A DNA stretch of 64,000 bases from Magallana gigas (Eukaryota). The notes beneath the pieces were generated by a model. The model worked only from the letters and a program-made list of their open reading frames with translations. It searched no databases and was not told where the DNA came from. Position numbers and translations under genes: made by a program. Each line of letters starts with the position of its first letter. Position 1 is the stretch's first letter. Below are positions 1-11,500 of the stretch, piece by piece. The stretch covers positions 682,001 to 746,000 of the forward strand of contig NC_088853.1 of NCBI RefSeq assembly GCF_963853765.1, in the 5' to 3' direction.

Positions 1-434
1 ATCCAATAAAGAAAAAATAGCGGTATATAAAGCTTAACTTCCAATGTCATTAGAATAACAAAAAAATTGATTGAGGCAAAAAAGATAAAAAGAAAAAAGT
101 GCATACAGTTATGTTGTGTTGTTGATTTGATAAACCACCGTCATATGAAAATTAAAGCTAAGTTACCAGTATTTGAACCTGATGTTTTCGATGTTGAGTT
201 TTCTTTTGTTTTTATGAAATAAAAAAAAATTAATATTAATATTTTAGACGATTTAAAAAAAATAGAAAAAAACCCCAGATACAAACAACTAAAATTACTT
301 TAATTTAAGACTTTACATTTTGAATTTAACATTGTATTGGCGAACTTTATATCTCTGATTTTATATGTTTAAGAAATGCATGAAATAACGGCATCGTTAG
401 GACAAGTTTATCAAACACTATAGTTACATTGTAG

Positions 435-3400
435 TCCTACACTCCACACTCAGTGAACCCGATAAAGAACTCATCAGAAGCCGCCATCATAACAACAAAC
501 ACAAACGATTTAACTTACCCCGGGGGTCTCCCTCTATGATGGGAGGGGGTGGTCCCTTCCACGGAGGGGGGCCAAACAGCAGCCCAATGGGAGGAGTCTT
601 GTCCCACGGGCCGATGTCAGCCCCATCAATGGGCCCAGGGGGCGGGATGCGAGGTCCGCGCCCAGGGGGCGGGGCGATGGGCGGGGCGATGGGAGGACAC
701 GCCCCTTCCTCCGTGTTTAACCCCTCCCGCTGTCTGAGACGTGTACGGTGTCCCCAATGGTGTCTAATGGTTGATGAGTTTGGCTGTCAATCTTGTCCAT
801 GTGGTCCAGGTAAATTATATCAATACCTTTAAGAATCATTTTAGTTCGTTTTTGTCATAATTATTGATTCAAGAGTATGATGAGTATGATCAATAAATGA
901 TTGATACCTATTAGAAGTATATGATTTGGGGGGATTTATGGCGGTGCAATTGATACTTAATTAGGCGGCGGAATGATGGCGATGTCAGGCGGTTCTTTCA
1001 TGTCCGGCATGCCTTCCATGGGCGGAGCCGCTTTCTCTCACGTCAATCAAGGACCAGGAACTAAGACAGACTGTCTAGGGGTGGAGCTATGCAAATCAAC
1101 CTGTGAAGGGAGGTACAGGATTGGTCCTTTAGGATCAGACGGATGTCCGTCCTGTGACTGCAGCCCGGTATCAGGTAAACCAGTACATGTTCCTTACTGG
1201 TTTGTTGTAGGGATTCTGTTCGGCATGTTGTCAACAAATCAAACGTCATCTTTGCTGTAAATAAATCCTTGTATTTTTTTATAAGCTCATTCAAACATTG
1301 TTTCAAATATATATACAACCAAATACTTTCAGAGCAGTTGTAAATCACCAGCATCTCTTCCTTTCTGTTTCATGTCTAGCTAGGTTTGTAATGCTGATTT
1401 TTTTTCTCTGAATTTTATTTATATTATAAACGAAATTAATTTGTGAATGATAATTTAGTGGGCGGATCTTCCATTGGCGGTGGAGGAGGTGGATATATGG
1501 GTGGATCAAACTCCGTCAATGGCGGATTCACCCCGTTCACCACCTCTAGTGGCGGCTCCAACATCTCAGGGGGCGGAGTCGGGGGCGGCACCATGCCAGG
1601 GGGAGGTGGAACTGTATCGGGTGGCCGACCGTCAACACAAGTTACCACGGCAACATCTTCCCACAACACATACCTTGTGTCCCCGCCCAAGGAGTGTCGA
1701 GTAGAACAGACGTGTCGGGAGACGTGCGGAACTTACTACCAGATAGGGGAGGCGGGGCGTGACGGGTGTGGCACGTGTATCTGCGTCAAACCGGCAGTCA
1801 CCTACAGTAAGTCACGTGGTATCAAATTAGATATAGATCAATAGACGGTCTGTCGACTCTAATCCTCTCCTCTCCATGTAGCTACAGATCTGCAACATAT
1901 ATCTAATTATTCACGACTTTCATAAAAGGTCATCTGTAGCAAATTAGTTGTGCCTTAAATTAGTCTTACACAGTCATGACTACTAGCAGGTGATTTTAAA
2001 TCTTAAAACAGTCAAACGCACGTTGGCAACATAAAATGAGATCAATCTTAACAAAACGCTAGTTTTTTTTTCGCTAGAGAGGGCACTTTAAATATGTCTT
2101 ATATCAACATTTTTTTTTATCAAAAATAATCAGATGTTTCTAGCTCAAGTTATTCAGCCACAAGGTAATGTAGCTTCTTTGCACCAGTATTCAAAGTATT
2201 AAAATAGTACTGTATGATTTTATAACAGAAGTTCATTGTTTCTTCATACTAGTAGTTCGAAAATTATATCATAACGAGATCTGTCTGACCCTAGCATTTG
2301 ACCTTTGTAGTTCAGCAGATAGTGACCTTGACCTGCCCTAGTTTGGTGTGTAGCTATGGATGTAGTGTAGGCTACAAGTGTGGGACAGACGGATGTCCCA
2401 CGTGTGACTGTGCCATACCCTCAGGTAAATGACAACTCTCTTAATAAAACTTGACAAAAGTTAACATTGCTCGCATTTGATTACACCCTGACTGTACACA
2501 TGTTGTCTGACGTGTCGGTTGACAATGGTTTTAGAGGGGAGTCAATTTCAACAGTTACCCTCCCAAACAGGCACCATCTACTAGAATATATTATAAGGTC
2601 GCCGTTTTCATTAACATCAGTCGTTTCTTGTTATAAATTCTGAAATGCGTCTACACATGTATAGAAAAATTAGAAAATGATACAATTTTCATTAATTTTT
2701 GGAATGAAGGATTATACCATTTTACAATTATTTCGTTCACTATCTAATCTTGTATTTATCTTTATGCATCTATATTTTTGATTGGACAGGATACTCCACA
2801 CATGAGGTTGTCATTCAACACAAGGTTGACTGTGTGGCGTCATTCAGCTGTCCTACTTCCTGTGAGGTCGGGTACAAGTGCGGTGTGGACGGATGTCCCA
2901 CCTGTGAATGTCTAGTTGGATACGTACAGCCCCAGACCACGTGTAAGTCACATGGGCAAGTGTGTGAACGTTTAGTGCAATGTATAGAAGAAAAAGCGTC
3001 AGGATTAATACGTTTCACAAACCGATCCATTATACATGGAAAGTACCCACCGTCAAAAACAATTGACAATAAATGATACTTATTTGTTGTTCTAGCTGAA
3101 TGCATTGATTGCGAGTACATTGACTTCCTCACACCTACACCCGAACCAATGACGTACGTACAAACAGTACCAAAACAAACAGAAACTGTTTACGTCACAG
3201 GAGGGAGCAAGTGCCATGATTGTGACGTCACACCTCAGATGGTGTCATATGTCAAGCCTAGACCACAAACTCAAACTGTTTACGTCAAAAACCCGAACGA
3301 GTGTTACAATTGTGAGCCCCCTGTGGAACCCCAGTTGATGTCCTATGTCAGACCCCGGCCCCAGACCGAGGCTGTATACGTCACAGGTAGATCTGACTTT

Positions 3401-5557
3401 TGCTTTAATTCTTAATTAACGAGGCCGGGTCTAATTAGTTCTGCCCTAGATTTTTTAATGAAATTTTTTACCTGAATTTCTTCTTATACAATTATTATTT
3501 TAAGATTAAAAAATAAGACATTTACCACACCGTTTGTTTAGGGGGTCATCTCAAAGTTTGTTAATCTTTAACATAGGACCCTATGGGATTTCGCTTGAAA
3601 TGTATCAATTTTGCACATGTTTTTAAACTTCTGCCCTAGGGATTTCTTTTTCTGTTCTACATATCAAAGTTATTGCTAAAAGGCATCAAATGGTCAAATA
3701 AAAAAAACCTTTTACCGCCTGGTTTGTTCCAGGGGTCTTATCAAAGTTGATTTTTGTATGCCCAATTTCCCAGATTTGTCAGATAATGGCTATTTTTTTA
3801 TTTGAGAAAGGCGGAAAAGGTGATCTTTATAGTATTATTAAAGCACTCAGACATATATAAGTAATAGAAAAAATATAACATCACATATTAAGGGGCATTA
3901 ATATAAAATACATGGTTACTGTCTTGAAATATATGAATTAAGCTATATTTAGGCGGGTTAAGAAAACGTGACAGAGGGTTAGGCCTGCTGAACCCACTTC
4001 ACGCTTTCGACTCGAGCCCAAATATAGCTTATACTTCGAAACAGTTATGTTTATTCCACAATATAACATTTATTTTACGCATTAAACGAGCCATTTTCAA
4101 CAAATTTGCTGAATATTTCAGTTGAATTTATCACGCCATGGCGTCAACCAAGCAAAAAGAAGACGTCACAATACAATGAAACGCTGCGCGAAAACGTGCG
4201 TACTCGTTCTGTACTCGGCCTCGTTAAGACTTAATAAAAACTAGTCCTGCTATGTATTTTCAATACGTTTACTTTTTTGTATTTTTGTATGCGTGTTATA
4301 ACACGATGAACCTAAGCTGTGCAACATCGGTTATTTTCGTCATGTTCTTGACGTCACATCAAATTACCTTATAAGGTAAATCCAAAAATATGTAACGTTA
4401 GCTATTATCATTTAATTAAATTACTGACATATTTGGTATTGTTAATAACTGTTCATTTTGTATTTTTTTTTCTTTTTTCTTACAGTTAAGAAAACGATAG
4501 TTATTGTAATACTAATAGACATTTTTATTTTATAATCAATATTTGCCAGGGTCCACAGACTGCAATGGCTGCGAGAAACCTGACACCTACTACGTACAGA
4601 AACCCTCCACACAGACAGTGTATGTACAAAAACCGGAGAATGAACACACCGGAATCCCGATATATGTAGACCGGCCACGCCCACAAACCGTATTGGTCAC
4701 ACAAACCTCGGGCTGTCACAACAGTAACACGTGCGGCTCCAAGGTCCCGGATACAGAACACACGGGGATCCCTATCTACGTGGACAGACCGCCTCCGCAG
4801 AAACAAACGGTAGTCGTCACTCAGACTCAGACCAACACCAAGTGTCACAACAGCAACACGTGTGGCTCAAGTCAATACGTCACAGGTAATGACGTCATAG
4901 AAAAGGGATTCTTAACATTTGATGCACTGATAAGTAAGGGTCTATTAATAATTTATCTCATACAATTTCAAAAAGACGTTTATCTGTGGTGGAAAATGTA
5001 TCATCGTTTTACGATTCCTAAGGTTCCGGTGGTGTAATCCTGGGTGTATTGACGGGCGGATCAAGTTACTCTATAGGATCAACGGGCGGTGGTGGATCCT
5101 ATTATAACATTGGGTCTACTGTCGGGGGCGGATCTGGTACCTCTTTGACACACGGGGGCGGGGGAACTCCCTATGGTATCAGTGGTGGATCGGCAGTCTA
5201 CAGCAACGGGCGCGTGCTTACTGACACAGGAAGTGGTGAGTCTTGCCATTGAGTATAGTCATTTCTGTACGTTTGCAAATAACATGACTTTTTTTACAAA
5301 CGACCTTCATTTCTGTGTCACTTTTATGGTCTAACCTCTGTCTTTTTTTCTCTACATGTGCTACAGTTTACCGACCCTTTTTTAAAAATACTGTTCTTTT
5401 GTCCACTTCTACTTATATTATTATCATAGCCTACACTGCTTTTTTGTCCACTATATCCTTTCTCTATATTACAGCCTATTGTCCCCCGATGAGACATGAC
5501 TGTCACCCTTCCTGTATTAAGTATGACGACCCTCACTGTAGACGCTGTCTGTGTTGA
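435..5557 (+). CDS. Secreted-type Gly/Met-rich structural protein with six antistasin-like Cys modules; 5'-incomplete, about 707 aa visible
   Basis: Exons 435-809, 965-1174, 1459-1806, 2311-2424, 2790-2942, 3096-3386, 4550-4885, 5023-5235, 5475-5557 (TGA). All have AG/GT ends, all introns are phase 1, and they join in one open frame. Repeated C-x4-6-C-x3-C-x7-13-C-x2-C-x-C motif (e.g. CPTSCEVGYKCGVDGCPTCEC). KHKR dibasic site in the first visible exon. The signal-peptide exon is not in the window. Confidence 0.85.
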
Positions 5558-5560
5558 CAG

Positions 5561-6440
5561 GTAAATATACATACTGTATCAATGTTTACATCTATACTGT
5601 ATCAATAATTACATCCATACTGTATCAATGTTAACATCCATACTGTATCAATGTTATCATCTACATACTGTATCAATGTTTACATCTTTACACTCTATCA
5701 ATGTTTATATCTATACTGTATCAATAATTACATATATACTTTATCAATGTTTACATCTATAATGCATCAATGTTTACATTTATTCTGTATCAATAATTAC
5801 ATCCATACTGTATCAATGTTTACATCTATACTGTATCAATAATTACATATATACTTTATCAATGTTTACATCTATAATGCATCAATGTTTACATTTATTC
5901 TGTATCAATGTTTAGAACATACTGTTTATATCTATACTGAATCAATGTTTACTTCTACAGTAAAACACGCTTATAACGAAGTCCCAGGGATGGGCAATAT
6001 TACTTCGTTATAAGCGTAATTCGTTATATCCGTCAAGGTTACAACATGAAATAGAGACTTGGGGAATGAAATTCACTTCGCTGTAAGCGTCAATTCATTA
6101 TAAGCATGTTCGTTATAACCGTGTTTTGCTGTATACTGTTTCAATGTTTACATCATCCATACTGTATCAATGTTTACATCTATACTGTATCAATGTTTAC
6201 ATCCATACTGTATCAATGTTTATAAATTTACACTTTACCAATGTTAACATCTATACTGTATCAATATTTACAGATATACTGAATTAATGTTTACATCCAT
6301 ACTGTACCAATGTTTACATCTTCATGTATATTGTATCAATATTTACATCTATACTGTCTCAATGTTTACATCTACATGTATACTGTATCAATGCTTACAT
6401 CTATACTGTATCAATGTTTAGAACAAACTGTATCAGTGTT
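5561..6440. repeat. About 23-bp minisatellite (tttacatctatactgtatcaatg), interrupted by a MITE
   Basis: Degenerate tandem copies fill the last intron of gene 1. Confidence 0.9.
5958..6131. mobile_element. Tc1/mariner-type MITE (CAGTAAAACAC...GTGTTTTRCTG, TA flanks), copy 1
   Basis: Terminal inverted repeats with TA on both sides; close copies at 11748-11921 and 46582-46760. Confidence 0.8.
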
Positions 6441-6499
6441 TACATCAATACTTTACTTGGAGTCCAAGTTTTAATTATGTGCTTATTTTTTTCTTTCAG

Positions 6500-6600
6500 A
6501 AAGAAGTTTATCACAGGAAGGCAGCGTTACTATAATAAGGGATTATTAAATAAATGTCCGATACCTCAAGTTATATCTTTAATTAGTTTTTATTCATAAT
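6500..6600 (+). other. Probable non-coding terminal (3'UTR) exon of the Gly/Cys-rich gene
   Basis: Donor cag|gtaaat at 5560/5561 lies 3 nt after the stop codon; strong acceptor ttttttctttcag ends at 6499; AATAAA near 6548. Confidence 0.55.
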
Positions 6601-6864
6601 TATACCAATAACTGTAAGGCAAATCATCTCTTTCGAAGACAAAACATATATGAGTCCCAAAAAGATTACTTCATATATCAAAATGTAATTGATATCAACA
6701 TCAATTACTCTCAAAATTAAAATTCAATATCTTAGTTCAAATACATTAAGATATTTCAACACGAAATACTTTGTTTATTTTTTCAGCAATTGCATATCAA
6801 TTAATCTAAGATCATTTTTAATGGTGCTAGGGCCCAGAATAGAGATTATATTTTGGATGAATCA

Positions 6865-7310
6865 GGCTAATCTCAACTCAAAATCAACAAACTAGTAAAC
6901 TGATTAAGGGTCAATCCTGATCTCAACTTAAAATCAACAATCTAGTAAACTGATTAAGGGTCAATCCTGATCTCAACTCAAAATCAACAACCTAGTAAAC
7001 TGATTAAGGGTCAATCCTGATCTCAACTCAAAATCAACAATCTAGTAAACTGATTAAGGGACAATCCTGATCTCAACTCAAAATCAACAATCTAGTAATT
7101 TAAAACTGATCAGGAACAATCCTGATCTCAACTCAAAATCAACAATCTAGTAAACTGATTAAGGGACAATCCTGATCTCAACTCAAAATCAACAATCTAG
7201 TAAACTGATTAAGGGTCAATCCTGATCTCAACTCAAAATCAACAACCTAGTAAACTGATTAAGGGTCAATCCTGATCTCAACTCAAAATCAACAATCTAG
7301 ATATCTAATT
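6865..7310. repeat. 50-bp minisatellite, about 9 copies, between the convergent 3' ends of gene 1 and RALBP1
   Basis: Unit aatcctgatctcaactcaaaatcaacaatctagtaaactgattaagggtc; period 50 (6911, 6961, 7011). Confidence 0.95.
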
Positions 7311-8574
7311 AAGGGACAATCATCTTTAGCATGGTAATGTCTTAGCCTAAACAGCTATATCAATCTATCTACCCCATGATAACAAACAAACCTGAGAATT
7401 GGAGTAACAATGATATACACAACTTTATTGCACAACATGCAGGTAATAACAAGATACATATAATACACATCACAAACAGTCAATACAACATGCAGGTAAT
7501 AACAAGATACATATAATACACATCATAAACAGTCAATACTATATCTACTCTCAACTCAATCACATTATGGACATGTACTAGTGATCATAAGACATGAAAT
7601 ATCTAGGCATCTTAGGACTTATTGTGTCTAATCTGAACTTAATTCAATTATCTATCTGAACTTAATTCAATTATCTACAGCTTCTTGTGATCATTAGATA
7701 GTGTTATCAAGGAATCGTATTCAAACTCAGAGATACAATATACAGAATATCATTGGCAGAGAGATAAGGTATTAAAGGTCAGCTGTACTCCAAACAACCT
7801 CACAGGATCTGCCATTCCCTGCGTCAGCGTTTAATCGCTTTTATATAAAAGTTACACATCTGAAATGCCAGATTTGACACAACTTCTTACAAGTACAATG
7901 TACTGACACCTGATACCTGGAAAAACTAGTGCTGTTGAAAACAGTCAAAGGTGTTCTTCACTGTTCAAATTTTATGACTATTTCATCTTCAAAACATACA
8001 CCTATGCTCACACATTTGCTAACAGTTATTACTTTCAAATTGCAGATTTCCAACATTTCCAAGGAATATTCATTTAATAATTCAAGTCCTGACGAACTTA
8101 AAAATTATCAACAATCATCTACAAGTTAGATCCTTTAACTATGTTATTTACATCTGTTGCAACACGTTCTCTGAGTGTACAAAGAAAAACTAATATCAGA
8201 AAATCTACTTAAGTCAAAACTGAGGGCAGGATGCAGAATCCATTACACCCTAAGCAGCCTAAATATAAATGGATACATGTCAGGGTCAATAACTAAAGTA
8301 TTAACAATAATTACTTTTAACAGTAATACACTGTTATATGAATACTATCATTGATGTAAATACAGTTTACTATATATTCTATCAATAAAGATATGAATTG
8401 TCTGTTTTCATTCGAATAATAAATAATCTTAACGCTGAGAGAGAGCTCTCTCCAGATGCTGTTGTTGTATAACTGTTGATGTGTGGTGTTGTTGTCAAAG
8501 AATTGCCTGAATGCTGAAAGAATTCTTTGGCTGTTGTTTTGTTGTCTTTATGTAATTGTTGTGTTATTGTGATG

Positions 8575-11500
8575 TTATCCAAGGATTGCCTGTATACTAA
8601 GAGAGCTCTCCAACTGTTTCTGTTGTATCATCCGGATCTGAACCTTGACATCCAGACAAATCATCCTCTCTTCATGGATTTTACTACACAACTCTGCATT
8701 CTTTCTCTGTAAAAAGAATTAAGGCATTAAACTTATACATTTCCAAAGAATGTACTTTTTTTTCTCCAAATATTGCACTTCAAAATAACTCTTAGGATAT
8801 TGCTTAAGTTAAAGAATATAATGATGATGATGATGAATATCTAATTTTTTGAGTGCTAATCAGCAGCTACATTCATTATTTCATTCCTCTACTGTATCGT
8901 AGATTCCTTATTTTATGCGAGTACTTATTTCTGAAATTCAACCATTTTCCATCAAATCGCAAGAACATAAAATCGCAAATGCCCAAATTTTATCATAGTT
9001 TCATGTACTTTACATGTGTCAGAAAACTAAAAGCGAGATTTAAAGAATTCACAAGACGGCTTCTCGCGATTGTATGCAAATATTAATTCCTCATGTTTAA
9101 TTAGGAATTTACAGTATATATAAAAAGAAACTATTAGTTGCAATCAACACCAGGGTCCTCTCTTCTGTCCTGATTGTTGGCTAATTGTAACATCACCTCT
9201 CGTCCCTTATTTCTGTTTATTAGCTGTTTTATTTATTATCTATTATATAATGGTATCAGCTGTTTACACTACCTACAACATTGTTCAATAATTGTGACAT
9301 CCTGATTCTCATTCCTCGCTATCAGCTGTTCAAGATTTACCTGTATCTCACCCCTGTTTATATAATCTGTTATACAGTAGTTTACATTACCTCCTGGTCC
9401 TCATTCCTCGCTATCATCTGTTTATATTACCTCCTGATCTTCATTCCTCGCTATCAGCTGTTCAAGATTTACCTGTATCCCCATACGTTTATATTATCTG
9501 TTATATAGTAATTTACATTACCTCCTGGTCCTCGTTCTTAGCTATCAGCTGTTTGAGGATCTCCTGTAGGTCCTCCTCGTCCTCACTCTCATAGCTGCTG
9601 TCTGACTCGGAGCTGTATTCCTCGACATCTGAGTCCTGTCTGAGATATTTGAGCTCATCCAGTTCCTGGTTTAATCTCTCTATCTCGTGTTTCTCTGTGT
9701 CTATCTTTGTTCTCAGTTCTCTCTCTGTAATAAAATAACATTCTATAAATCTTTATCTATCAATATCTCTATGTCTTTTGTGGTGTTTTCAGGAGTATTC
9801 TACGTACGAATTAATTTTCTGGAGTGAGTTACTCCCCTTTTCTTCTATCCTCTTGTCATTAGAGATTTTTGCACTGAGCCGTGCAGTACACAATATCGGT
9901 AGAGTCACCGTACTACCATTTTGTACAAGCGTACACTTTCCATGCAAGAAACTTAAAGCCCTACGGTGTAATTCCATTGGGGTGTATAATACACATTTCT
10001 TTCGCACAAAGACATTTTCTAGAAAAAAGGTGCGTATATATAAGGCAAGTTGCGGTACATGTTAAGCTGTTTAGCGCAGGACTGGCCATGTAATAACTTT
10101 GTAATGAATTGAGTGTATAATATAGCATTGAATCATGATTTTTTGAAGTATACACTCTCATAACTGCCGCGGTGTGTGCATACAAATTGAGTAACGCGCG
10201 TTAGCGCGTTATGAAAATTTGTATGCACACACCGCGGCAGTTATGAGAGTGTATACTTCAAAAAATCATGATTTAATGCTTATATTTACATTTTTTAAGT
10301 TCTTGCCTTGTCTGCAAATGTGAATTATACCTTAAAATTATGATCTTATCCTAAGGGTAAGTTAATATAAATGGAAGAGCCACAGTAACAGCCACAAGCG
10401 TGAACTTTGATTTTCGCTTGTGACGTTGCAGTTTACAGCGTTCAACGTTTGTGACGTCATAAGAAAACTAGTCAATTTGACCTTTGACTACTTGTTGCAT
10501 TTAGAGGCATTTGAACGTCACAGAATTTAATGGAAAAACACAGTAGAATGTAAATATATAGATATATAAACAACACAAAACAGGTGTTATAAACAATTAT
10601 CTCATTAAATCTTAGCAGAATTCAAATTACACACTCAATTATTTGTCATAAACTCATTATCGTCTAAGTTTAGCTTCTTTCGATAGGGGATCACATGTCA
10701 GAGTCAGAAGTCATGTGACAAAACAGACATGTTGAAAGCACGGGGCCTAAAAACACTGCCCGCTGGCCGCATTAGAGAGGTGGCTGCTTAAATGAATTAT
10801 ATAGTGAAAAACTAAACATGCGAGATTGAAACTGGCCACTAATGGCGAGTGGCCGCTGTTTAAAGGTGGCCATAACAGCAGGTGCAACTGAAATTAATAA
10901 TTATTTCATTTTCAAATGAATATTAAAGGGACCCCTTTTTTGCATACTAATAATCCTCTGTTGCATATTCATTATATATAGCCAGAAGCTCCCCTACTTA
11001 AACCCTCTTGTTGAATATTCATTATCTATAACCAGAAGCTCCTCTACTTAAACCCTCTTGTTGAATATTCAATACCTATAGCCAAAAGCTCCTCCTCCTC
11101 CAGAATAAGTGCTTGTTCTTCATCCAACAGAGTCATCATTTCATCATCATAGGCAAACTCTCCATCTGGAATGAATATTCATAAAAACATTGTGTTAAGT
11201 TAACATGACATCAGTCAATCTTCCCCAGTTACAAGCTCTTGGTCTGTATTTGAGTTTTGTTTGTATTCACACATGAATCTACTTTAGGTTACTTAATACA
11301 TGTATCTACCTATTAATAAGTTACTTATATATGTATCTTCCTATTAATAAGTTACTTATACATGTATCTTCCTATTAATAAGTTACTTATACACATTTCA
11401 AACACCGACTTCATCTGGTGTTAGTCTCTGTTTAGTCTAACATCACTAACAATCCTTACTACCCATCTTCTTCAAACACCGAGAATTTTACAGCCCCTCT

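Noticed and set aside
549-4848. Overlapping alternative-frame and antisense ORFs across gene 1 (549-737, 1436-1690, 1474-1704, 4525-4848)
   Set aside because: Shadows of GC-rich Gly-coding exons, with no splice-consistent chain.
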